Positions 33,518 through 43,372 of a stretch of 64,000 bases of DNA are shown in pieces; the first letter of the stretch is position 1; every line of letters begins with the position of its first letter. Where the stretch lies: assembly GCA_040954595.2 (NCBI GenBank), contig CM082584.2, positions 9,753,061-9,817,060 of the forward strand. The letters run 5' to 3'. This stretch comes from Balanoglossus misakiensis. Lineage: Eukaryota > Animalia > Hemichordata. The translations under genes were made by a program, and so were the position numbers. The notes beneath the pieces were generated by a model. That model had not been told where the DNA came from. It ran no database searches and saw only the letters and a list, made by a program, of their open reading frames with translations.

Positions 33518-36500
33518 TTATCTTTTTGGGGTGAAGCCCGACCGCCACGTTCCACCCCGGCTCCCTAAGCAGGAAGTGGTGACACCTTCGCTTCGGTGAG
33601 CCTGGGCTCTCATGCGGTCCGAGTGGAAGTGGGTATCTATAGCCTGGGATAGTCCCCTGGCTGGTGACGCCGCACTGGGTCGTCTCATTTCTGGGCTTCC
33701 GGCGCTTGCTTGGGACTGTGGTCGTGGTGCCGCTGGGGCTTCCACTGCTAATTTCTTTCCAGATGGGGGCCCTTCCACTGTCCCCAAGAGGTCAGGTGGC
33801 CTCTCTGGGCTTGCTTTCTCGGGTGGCCTCCCCTGCTCATCCTGTGGCGGCCTTTTCTCTACCCTCTCCACCGATGCCGACTTCACTCGAGGGCGGGATC
33901 CCGCAGATTTCCAGCGCCTGCTCGAACGGCTTCTCTTCCTCCTGCTGCGCCTGATGGTGGCTGTCGAGGACGCAGTGCGAGTCAGGTTTGGTAGATGTCT
34001 CGCTGGCCTTAGGATCAGTCGTCTGGGCAATGTAACTTTTGCCACTTTCCCTTTCGTCCCTTGCCGACCATATGTCATGTGTACACTTTCACCGTCAAAC
34101 CGCAACTGATTTCTTCGCATATCTAGAATCACTCTCCTTGTCCGCATAAAGTCTGCCCCTAGCAACATGTCATCACCTATCGGCGCTACATACACGTCCT
34201 CTGTGAATTTGGTCTTCCCCAACTTCAGGCGCAAAGGACCTACTTTATGGGCTTTCATTTCCATTTCACGTCCTGCAGTTTGCATGATGGTGGTTTTGAG
34301 TACTGGGGGGCGGTTCCCAAGACGGCTATAGAGACGGTCTGAAATGATGGTGACTTCTGCTGCCGTGTCTACTACTGCTTGTACTTTAATCTCTTCAACT
34401 GCAATGGGCACACTGTACATAGACCCTGACACTAATTGACATAAAGTTATGGGCTGGGTGTCATCACCGCTGGGGGATTCATTCGCTGTGGATTCATCAG
34501 TGTCCGAATTCGGGGAATCATACTCCTGTTCGTCCAAAGACTCCCCTGACGAGTTGTACTGTTCGTCGGTTCGTGCATCCCTAGGGTGTAGATAGAACCC
34601 GTGCCCTTGCAATGTATTGTCAGTGTGGGTATCTAAAGTGGCCTGACACACTGACCCCTCTTCTCGGGTTTTGGCACAACCCTTGGTGTCAGTGCGTGTT
34701 GTCACCCTGTCAATTCCATTTCCTCCCTCCTTCACTTTGGGATCATCTCTTCTGAGTATTGGGCCCTTTGGTGGCTCCTGGGTCAAACTTAGGCCCTCTG
34801 GTCTGACCCTTTCCCGCTGCTCAGCGAATGTTACCCGTTTCTCCCCGGAATCTGAGGTTACTCTTTCCCTTCCCTTGGGGCATTCCCTACGGAAGTGTCC
34901 AGATTCCCCACAGTTAAAACATTCCCGTCCCCTAGGGGAGGGTGACCGAGACCGGCCTGCCTCGCGTGGGGATAGGGCAACCACTGTCTTTCTCAAACCC
35001 TCTAAACTTTTGGCCATTTCAGTCATTCGTTCGTTAAGGGTATTTATCCCGGGACTGGGACTCGGGTTACGTAGGGTTCGAAACCTCTCCCGCGAGCCCG
35101 TTCCGCTGTCCGTGGGTGATAAATCCCGATCTCTGGGGGGTCGCTCCCGAATGGCTGATCGCACGCGTATGAACTCGCCGTCGCTATCTGTCTCAGATGT
35201 TACTCGTTCTACTTCTCGACGCGAGGTTCGGCGGCCGAAGATTTCGTGATTGTTATATTGGAACCAACGTATTTTGTCTATGGCCTCTTCCATGGAGGAT
35301 GCGCGTTGGTTAGCAACGTAAAGTCCTGCCTCGCGATCGGAGCATCCCTGACAAAACCTCATTATTGCCTGACGGTCCATAGCGCGTTCCGTCAGATCGG
35401 GGAAAGCGTTTGTCGCGAGGGACAGGATTCGATCGGCCCATTTTTCGAGTGACTCCCCCTCTTTCTGATGGGACTGCTGAAATCTGATCTGCGCGGTCTC
35501 TGGCAGTTCTCGGCGCCCAAAACGCTTGTCTAGCTTACTGACCAGCCGCTGGTAGCTGATATTTCGCTCGCGCCTGAGCAGTGTCGAGTGAAATTCGCTG
35601 GCGTCGCCGTCTAAGCAAAAGCACAAGCAACATTTGCGTTCGCTTTCCGTCCAACCCTGGGCATCCGCGTAACTGGTGAATTTATCAAAAAACACGCTCC
35701 ATTTCCTCTCCCCAGTGTAAACTAAAGTTTTGGGCGTATTAAACATCCTCGAGCCGAAGGCAGGCCCTTCCCTGCCCCCACCTTGCCTCATGAACGAAGA
35801 TTCACCATAAGGGTGGTTTTGCGGCACATTCCCATACGTCGGAGTCCAGGTGGCATTGGCTGGGGCGTATGGGCTAGGGCTGTTTCCCGTTTGAGATGGT
35901 GGGCCGTAGTACGTGGGATAGGGGATCCCCGGTACTGGAGGGGTGCCACCACGGTTTTCGGTGGGAAACCGCCAATCCGCGCGTTCGTAAGGGCTGGCTG
36001 GGAGCGGTGTGAACCCCATCGGATATGGTGGCGGTGGGGTAAAATACCTTGGGAAGTTGTTTGGTGGATACGGTGGAGACACCCCAACCTGGTTCCCTGG
36101 GTAACGGCTTTGCTCTGTTGTGTGAAAATTATCTCTGTCTCGGGGTCCCCTGCAGTACTCACTTGCTGTGGGAGGGTAACCCCAACTATCCAATTCTCGA
36201 TGTTGGCCAATTTTCTCCCCTCCCCTGGGATATGGGGTTGTCTTGGGCCCTGTACTATTTCCCCTCCCATACTCCAGTGATGACTGATCACTTTTGCTAG
36301 CCCGCTCTGAAACTGGGATTTCGGGTGGCCCCTGGAATTTCCCCGTTTTGCGTGTATTTCTGCAGGCCGGTGTTTGCCGGTCCTCATCACTACTACTACT
36401 GTACCTTATTTCATAGGACACCATTTCGTGAAATTCAGGTGTGGGCCTGAGTCGGGGGATTTCCCCTAATATTTCTTTTGAGACCCTCCCATATCTATTT

Positions 36501-36607
36501 CTGGCTCTCAAGATTGCCTTTGCCACTTTCTTACCTACCCCTGGCAAGGTCTTAAGGGTCATGAGGTCACATGTGTTGATATAAACTGGACCCCTGGAGG
36601 CCCTCAT
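33518..36607 (-). CDS. Retroelement polyprotein: HhH domain, Pro/Tyr-rich region, Gag capsid, CCHC knuckle, aspartic protease, basic low-complexity tail (about 1029 aa from the first ATG)
   Basis: First ATG at 36607. HhH-like INTCDLMTLKTLPGVGKKVAKAI (36413-36586). Capsid-like YTGERKWSVFFDKF..W..F..QKEGESLEKWADRI (about 35230-35740). CFNCGESGHFRREC (34880-34921). VVDTAAEVTII (DTA at 34361-34369) and MLLGADFM. No YxDD RT, RNase H or DDE integrase motifs seen. Confidence 0.92.
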   Translation of the reverse strand: MRASRGPVYINTCDLMTLKTLPGVGKKVAKAILRARNRYGRVSKEILGEIPRLRPTPEFHEMVSYEIRYSSSSDEDRQTPACRNTRKTGKFQGPPEIPVSERASKSDQSSLEYGRGNSTGPKTTPYPRGGEKIGQHRELDSWGYPPTASEYCRGPRDRDNFHTTEQSRYPGNQVGVSPPYPPNNFPRYFTPPPPYPMGFTPLPASPYERADWRFPTENRGGTPPVPGIPYPTYYGPPSQTGNSPSPYAPANATWTPTYGNVPQNHPYGESSFMRQGGGREGPAFGSRMFNTPKTLVYTGERKWSVFFDKFTSYADAQGWTESERKCCLCFCLDGDASEFHSTLLRRERNISYQRLVSKLDKRFGRRELPETAQIRFQQSHQKEGESLEKWADRILSLATNAFPDLTERAMDRQAIMRFCQGCSDREAGLYVANQRASSMEEAIDKIRWFQYNNHEIFGRRTSRREVERVTSETDSDGEFIRVRSAIRERPPRDRDLSPTDSGTGSRERFRTLRNPSPSPGINTLNERMTEMAKSLEGLRKTVVALSPREAGRSRSPSPRGRECFNCGESGHFRRECPKGRERVTSDSGEKRVTFAEQRERVRPEGLSLTQEPPKGPILRRDDPKVKEGGNGIDRVTTRTDTKGCAKTREEGSVCQATLDTHTDNTLQGHGFYLHPRDARTDEQYNSSGESLDEQEYDSPNSDTDESTANESPSGDDTQPITLCQLVSGSMYSVPIAVEEIKVQAVVDTAAEVTIISDRLYSRLGNRPPVLKTTIMQTAGREMEMKAHKVGPLRLKLGKTKFTEDVYVAPIGDDMLLGADFMRTRRVILDMRRNQLRFDGESVHMTYGRQGTKGKVAKVTLPRRLILRPARHLPNLTRTASSTATIRRSRRKRSRSSRRWKSAGSRPRVKSASVERVEKRPPQDEQGRPPEKASPERPPDLLGTVEGPPSGKKLAVEAPAAPRPQSQASAGSPEMRRPSAASPARGLSQAIDTHFHSDRMRAQAHRSEGVTTSCLGSRGGTWRSGFTPKR

Positions 36608-37157
36608 GATGTGATCTACTGGCCCTTTAAACACACTAATAACTAACTACACACTCCCTCACACAACACGTGGGATTTACACGAGTGAACTGTTTTATTA
36701 ACAAGAATAATCCCAACACACAAAAGCTCACTCCCACACAAAAGAAACTTGAATGCTTGCTAAAGAAAATCTCTGCGCATGCGCCGAACCCCAAACACGT
36801 TTTTCATAATGAGGACCCCTCTAGCAATAGAAATGGGCCCTATGTGCCAAGATGGCGGCCGAATTTCCGCCCACGCTGCTTTAGGAAAAAACGCAGAAAA
36901 TTTGACTCAAACTACCTCCAAAACCCCGGTACCTACCCAGTACCGTCCCTAAACCTCGCTAAAAAATCCCTGCGGTCCCCGAGAGTTTGCCCAGTGTCTT
37001 CTGGCCCCGGCAATCCCCGATATCCCGTTTTCCCTATGCCCAGAAAAACCCCACGTCGCACCCGGACGCAATCGCTGGATTCCGACTACACAGAAACACC
37101 ACTCTCCCTCCCCCGCGTATCAAAAAAAACGTTTCCCCACACTAGGCTCGAACACAG

Positions 37158-37170
37158 GCTCGCAGCGCCA
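37158..37170 (-). other. Primer-binding site, probably tRNA-Ser
   Basis: TGGCGCTGCGAGC one base inside the 5' LTR; complementary to a tRNA 3' end ...GCUCGCAGCGCCA that resembles eukaryotic tRNA-Ser (CGA/TGA) ends. Confidence 0.8.
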
Positions 37171-37171
37171 A

Positions 37172-37343
37172 TGTTGTGATCGCCGATGTCTCACCTGAGT
37201 GCGTCTAAACTACGGTTTTCTAAAGGTCTTTTGGGAGGTCAGTCGAAGGCATGCTGCTCAATCCCAAGCATAGCAGAAAGAGAACGAACTACTTCCGCCC
37301 AGGGGTGGGTAGGGTCAGTGACGTCATGGGCAGATTCACAACA
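37172..37343 (-). repeat. 5' LTR (172 bp)
   Basis: Matches 33149-33320; followed on the minus strand by the PBS. Confidence 0.96.
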
Positions 37344-38480
37344 AGACCAACCATCGACCTCCCGATTTACATACGGCCAACCATTGCCATCATGGAGAAT
37401 ACCTGACGACCACTTTATATTTGCACTGGTCACAACTGTATTATGCTTTTGGCCGATTGGAATGTTTGCTCTTTGGAAGTCAAGAGATGTGAGTATCTTG
37501 TCTTTCTGTCTGTCTGTCTTTCTGTAGGCCTACACTCGTAATATTTGAGCTACTTCACTGCCAAAGTTTGATTAATTAATGTGTTTGCTTTCTTCCACCA
37601 ACACAGGTCTACAGATTTTCAGCTCGGGGTGACATAGAGGGCGCCTGGCACGCATCGAATTCTGCTCGGCTGTTGTCGTGGGCAACGCTGATCGTTGGCC
37701 TTATCCTCTTGGTGATCATCGTGATTGTGGTCATCGCCGTCGACTACAACGTCGATGTCGACGTCGACGTGGATCGTCAATGACCATAGAGTGCCTCACA
37801 GACAGACGGTCTTCGTCTCCAGTCCCTGTCCTCTGGGCCCAGTTCCAGGGTTACGGTGTAATGTGTAGGATGGGTGAAAAACATTTACACTGCAGTTTGC
37901 AAATTGAAAGCCACAGCCTCAGTGATAGAAAAAATAGTGTTCATTGCAAGTCGACATTGCTGTTTGCCTTGTATCTACCTGTACTTGTCTGTTGCGGTGC
38001 TGGTGACCTATATGTTCATGCAAATGAGGCATTCACTTTGAAATTTGCACGGCAGAAACCCACCATGCATAGGCCTTCCTTATAACAGGCGCTAGTTTAG
38101 TTATATCTGTAACATTCATGACAGTTTTATACTCTTTTTAGTACGTTTTGTTGCGAAATTCATAAATAAAGAAAGATATGTGTCTGTGATTTAAAAAGGG
38201 AAAACGGTTGTTGTGTTACCTCTTAATTATTTATAATTCTAAACTGATGTGATAACTATGCTAAATTTCATGGGGTTTATTTAGTATACAAGTGTATATA
38301 TACTTTATGACAAGCTATCCCTGATTGGAAAATAAATGTATTCAAATTAAACACTCCAGAATTGTTGGTGTATTGCATAAAAAATGTTGTGTGCTATGAA
38401 AACCTTTGCGTATTGAACAAAGTTCTCAAAAAATAGTAAATGCGGGTTCATTCGTCGCGGCGAACGCCCGCATTTCTGTC

Positions 38481-38554
38481 GTGACGTCACGCTACTGGTA
38501 AATATGACTCGTCACGTGACAGGCCTTCACAGTGTGGCCACCTGTTTTATATAA
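38481..38554 (+). promoter_or_regulatory. Putative promoter of dispanin paralog D: CRE, CLEAR/E-box and TATA
   Basis: GTGACGTCAC (38481-38490), GTCACGTGAC (38511-38520) and TATATAA (38548-38554), within about 240 bp upstream of the ATG at 38717. Confidence 0.55.
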
Positions 38555-38716
38555 CGCATAGGACCTACAACCACAACTGGCGCTGCTGGGTAGAGAGAGA
38601 TCCGTGAGTAACGATACAATCCATCCCTATAGCAAAGAAACACGAACACGTCTCCGTATGGTTATTGCGGACTGACTTGGACTGCGCATCGTTCTGGGGA
38701 TAAAATTTGATTGACC

Positions 38717-41590
38717 ATGAAAAGACCAGAAGTAGAAGAGGAAAAATTGGGTGAGTCATGATCATCTGTTTGTAGTGCGAATGATAATATGCGACAATTA
38801 TACCACGCGAAACACAGGGCGCCGCTCGGGGAATATCACTGCCTGGCTTAATCGAATTTCGCTGTTATTTCCAAGTTTTTGAGGTAACGTTGATTGTTAG
38901 TATTGCCAACTTCGCCTAAAGTCGGTGTTTTTTCAGTCATTTCATATGCTTACGGTGAGCCTAACCAACCGTTTGATACGCGGTCGGATATTTATAGAAA
39001 TGGGAAATTGATGGTAAATATTCAAACTAGAGTCGGCGTGCAGCGCGGTGATCAAAGATCATCCCGTTTCAGCGCACAGGTCAATTGTGTCAGTGATGTA
39101 CCATCCTAGTGTCAGCGCAATGCACGATCACCGCCGAGTCTTCACGGTGTCACGGAGCGTTATACCGCTGGTCATCCGCGCACATTCACGCTTTTGTTCA
39201 ATCGTTTCACCACAAGCGAATTGAATAAGTGCGTAAGACCTGACACGGGCGTCGTTCGCAGTGTTTTTTTCTAATTAAACAAAATTCTCATTATTCCAAC
39301 AATGCCGAGTTATTGTCTCTAAACACCGGCCTGTCTTTGTCTCGCTCTAAAGTACCATTCATTCGCATGAATGCCTGCGTGTATACTGTATTTTTATTTT
39401 AAAAATAAACAATGCGTGGTAGAATACATCGCACTATGTAAAAACACATGGCGGATAGGTCTATAGCCTGCATTTTAGTACAGTCGTGATGGCGCGCATC
39501 AAATTCGTTCAATTATCACTCCATTAAATGTCTTAATTTTTGACACGTCGAGTGGACGTAACAAGCGTAAATGGAAATTGGGTTCACCGACCCTTTTACA
39601 TAGCCACTTAATTCTCTAAAATGTGGCGATAATCAACTGGAGATTTTTCACCACTCTGTCGGTGGTTGCCGTTTATTCATAAATGAAAGACAGAAGCTTT
39701 ACTATCTGTGCAAAATACACGGATATTCCGGTCTTTTTATTTACTGTTTGACCCCAGTAATTGACCTTGTGTGTCTGTCTATGATCATACAAAACTTAAA
39801 CAGTTCCGATTGTAATCATACAGAAGGCTAATATGATGCCTTTTGAAAACATGTCCGCGATTCTCGGAGTTCGTTTGGCGAAATGTTCCTCACTAGAAAT
39901 AATATGAACAGATAATAGTCGTACCAGGTAGGAGAGAAAGTAGACAGGTAATGGGATCGGATAAAATGTTCCTTAATAAGGCTTTTACGCTTGCCCTGCC
40001 CTGCATATACAATCATGAACGTCCTTGCACCCGATAGGCCACTGCGCTATCTCATTTTAGGAAATGATGTGCATGGAAACACAAGGGAGTGGTTTTCCCG
40101 TATATATCTGTATTTTTCTGCATTCTTAGCTACAGCATATTAAAGTTACACCTGTCCTTTATTCGGCAGACCTCCTTGACGAGAAACAGTCACAAAATCA
40201 GGGCCAGACGGTGTATTTTGACAACCCGTTTAGTACCACGGTGCAGACTGCAGACGGACTGGTGAGTGGGGTTGTTTTTTTTAACCAAAGGTGGTGTTAT
40301 ATAGATATTCGGCTTGTCTGACCTCGATATATTAACACTTACATACCATTTGAAAAACAACTACAATATGGTTATATATTGATGTTCTCGTACTTTTACT
40401 TGTTGCCATGGAGATTTTATTTTTATAGATTCTATCTTCACTCTTCTATAAATGCCATATAGTTTAATCAGATACCACTTAGTATAATGGTGGCATATTT
40501 GATGTCAGGGCTAGATGCCACACATCTAACAATATACCATATTCTCACCCTCTATCAAATTCAAAGATTTACTAGTTGAAACATATAATTTTATAATAAT
40601 TTTAGTTCGAATTCCCTCGTTACTGTTATTGTTGTTTAAAACTTTGGCAAGAATATAGTTTTAATAATACATAGACAATTCACCTCATTGTCAGCATGGG
40701 AACCGTAAGCCCATTGTAATGTTGCCTAGCAACTTGGTTGTCAGTGAAGCGATTTTCTTTTATAAGAGTATATATGTATTGAATCTTCACACGATATCAC
40801 CGAGTATCGCATACCTCATCAGACACCATGACAACCGTTTCATTCTAATAAATTTTAATGTGAAACAACCACTGAGCAGAATAATGTATATCATTCCTCT
40901 CCAAGCCCATACCGGCATTCAGAAATACTTGGGGACGCCATCTTTGATGATCATGAGTAAGTACATGCGTAACGGTTAACACAAGTTATATGTATATGTT
41001 TTACTTTTATTCATAACAGGACCAGGCAGACCAACCCCTGATAGCAGCTGTCATCCCAAACGATCACTTTGCCTTAGCCACGTTCGTAACAGTCTGTTGT
41101 TTTTGGCCCATTGGTATATTTGCTCTGTGGAAATCTCGAGAGGTGAGTTCCTTGGATTGAGGTTGAAACTTCTGAGGCTGGTTCCCTGCGCCAACTCAAC
41201 AAATGGCTGAGTTGTACTGTGGTTCGGTGTACGCCAAATAATCGCCATTTTGCCTAGATTAGGCAAAATGGCCGACATGTGACGTCACTACCTAGACGAC
41301 TGTCACATGAAAACGCGCAGAAGCAGAAGCAAAATTATGTACCCACAGAGAGTTGCTTGTCGAGTACAGAGATTGTATGTCACTAGCTCTTCTCCATGAA
41401 TAAGTAATGGTGTCTTTTTGATGATCCCTGACAGGTGTACAGGTGTTCTGCTCGAGGTGATATACGTGGTGCTAAGAAGGCCTCGAATTTAGCGCGCGTA
41501 CTCTCCTGGACGACGTTAATAGTAGGACTCTTATTCATAATTGTCGTCGCCATCTTGGTCACAGTGAACGCCCACAATATCCTGCGCTGA
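38717..41590 (+). CDS. CD225/dispanin-family protein, paralog D (missed by the ORF track)
   Basis: Exons 38717-38750 (MKRPEVEEEKL, inferred), 40170-40261, 41020-41142 (IPNDHFALATFVTVCCFWPIGIFALWKSRE), 41435-41590 (VYRCSARGDIRGAKKASNLARVLSW plus TM, TGA); same intron phases (1,0,0) as paralog C. Confidence 0.88.
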
Positions 41591-42100
41591 CGAAAGTTGC
41601 AGGCAGTCAAACTTTAGCTGTCAATGATGTCACATTTTGCAAGATCTGATCACTGATGGACATGCAACTACGCGGTGCTTTTTTCTTCAAGTAAATTATC
41701 CGACAGGCATGAAGAGTCAATAGCGTGTCTTCCTCATCAAGTCCGCAGTGTACACGCGATAATATTGCACGGGATATCGTCATAAAACATACTGCATTCA
41801 ACGTGTTATAAAAATAACATTTACACATAGTCTCCTAAATATATACATGTACATGTAAATTGTTAGCTTGAATAATTTCATTTCCCAATGTGTGAAGTGC
41901 CCGATTGAACGTGGAATATACTGCTTTTAATGAACATTGTTCTAGTTTCAAGAAGTGCCTTATCAAGGAATAACTGTCGTACACTAGTTTTAATCGCCTG
42001 TGTGTTTTTCGAGTACATGTATGTGTTATTTGCAGGGCTGATGGCCTTTTCTTATGTATGTGGTATAAAAAACGTGGAATGCTATATCTTTGCTGTATTC

Positions 42101-42144
42101 GTTGGTGGCGCTATCCCCACCACTGGCAACCCTCAGACTCCTCG
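42101..42144 (+). repeat. About 44-bp imperfect direct repeat, copy 1
   Basis: gttggtggcgctatccccaccactggcaaccctcagactcctcg; second copy at 44779-44822. Confidence 0.75.
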
Positions 42145-42700
42145 TATATCCATCATTTTTTGGTCGATGACGTCCTGCGCAAAACTGACTGATGCGCGCA
42201 CTGAGTGTTCAATATCTGTGTTGATCAAGTGATGATTATTTAACGATATTTGTATATTTTAATAAAGATTACAAATATGACTATTTACACATGTACATAT
42301 TGTGATTGTACTATTTCAGGTGTAAATCATTATATATATATACATCAAATTGCTTGCGTAAAAATATGTAAAATACTTGTAAAGGTTACAACTCAAGAGT
42401 AGTAGGTATTCACACAGAGAATAACTGCAGTAGTGTAAATGTAAGAGAGAAAAAAAAAAGAAATAAAATAAGGTACTCGGGTAGGTGGGTTGGAAAAAAT
42501 CATGAATCTGAGACGAGCTAGTTATGTTGGAGGTAAAATAACTGATTTGATTGTATGTAATTCTGTGCTTGGAAAGTCTCTCCTGTTGGACTTTCAAGTG
42601 TTCAGAAGGAGACGGGAATACATGTGGAAGAAATGAAAATGAATCTGTATCTAAAGATATTGATTTACCAACATTAAACTTGTCAAGAAAAAAATAAATG

Positions 42701-43372
42701 TTACGCATATGTTTCGGTGGTGGACGTAGACAATACTGGTACGAGTCGTTTTACACCTGATCCGTATCGTATTACGGCAGCGTAGATGCACCATTTCCAA
42801 AGTCGTTTCTTATACACTACCATTGGTTTATCTCTTCCGTCTAAACGAATATTAACAAGGTTATCACTATTACCAGAAAAGAAGATTACTTTATCGGTGT
42901 TTTTGAAGATGATTTCCAGTTGTGCATTCTCCCAGAAGCTTTTGCAGTAACATTTGGTGACAATGGTACATGCACTTTGCATAAGCAGGTGATCGAGATC
43001 TCCGATGTCTGACCTCAGCATGCGGTGTTTATGCAATATATGTACATCTGTTACACGCGGAATACAACGCATCTTCTTTTTTTTCTTACAAGCATGCGTG
43101 AAGTCATCGTCATCCACTTCCTCGTAACTAAGTTCTGGGCTTAAACGATGTATGATTCTTTGACCACGTTCGGTGTCGTAGACTACAACCTCCTCACAGC
43201 TCTCGGTCGACTCCAGGCGATGTCTAGCACTGGCAGACCCATCGATTTGGTCGAACTCCCCGTCTGGAGGCACCGTGTCCTCATGTACACGTAAGTGTTG
43301 AATGTTCTTGTACTTTAAATTTACCCGTCTTGGCACAATACTATCTGTGATTTTTGCAGCAGTTCCACCCAT
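42701..43372 (-). CDS. Uncharacterised 223-aa protein, single coding exon, candidate N-myristoylation (MGGTAAK)
   Basis: 672-bp open frame in AT-rich DNA; good Kozak context (acaATGG); splice acceptor ttgatttcag about 20 nt upstream of the ATG, implying a 5'UTR intron; no family recognised. Confidence 0.65.
   Translation of the reverse strand: MGGTAAKITDSIVPRRVNLKYKNIQHLRVHEDTVPPDGEFDQIDGSASARHRLESTESCEEVVVYDTERGQRIIHRLSPELSYEEVDDDDFTHACKKKKKMRCIPRVTDVHILHKHRMLRSDIGDLDHLLMQSACTIVTKCYCKSFWENAQLEIIFKNTDKVIFFSGNSDNLVNIRLDGRDKPMVVYKKRLWKWCIYAAVIRYGSGVKRLVPVLSTSTTETYA

Larger units (their letters stand above)
33149..37343 (-). mobile_element. Non-autonomous Gypsy/Ty3-like LTR retrotransposon (gag-protease only), 4195 bp
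   Basis: Two 172-bp LTRs (TG..CA), AGAC target-site duplication at 33145-33148 and 37344-37347, PBS, PPT, and one long ORF with Gag, CCHC knuckle and aspartic protease. Confidence 0.95.
32248..37783 (+). pseudogene. CD225/dispanin paralog C, exon 3 disrupted by an LTR retroelement (insertion allele)
   Basis: Exons 32248-32266 (MSYDMS), 32838-32941, 33140-33148 plus 37348-37488 (rejoined: VTDQPSTSRF..IPDDHFIFALVTTVLCFWPIGMFALWKSRD), 37607-37783 (GDIEGAWHASNSARLLSW plus TM). Removing the element and one AGAC copy restores an intact frame. Read-through into the LTR hits TGA at 33173. Confidence 0.88.

Noticed and set aside
33612-36280. Several plus-strand ORFs of 96-192 aa inside the retroelement
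   Set aside because: Antisense to the gag-protease ORF with no recognisable domains; no env-like signal peptide or TM pattern
36670-37179. 169-aa plus-strand ORF in the element's leader
   Set aside because: Non-ATG start and low-complexity K/P/R composition from a biased leader sequence; no domain recognised
42316-42708. 130-aa minus-strand ORF downstream of the orphan gene
   Set aside because: AT-rich F/Y/S-biased sequence consistent with a 3'UTR
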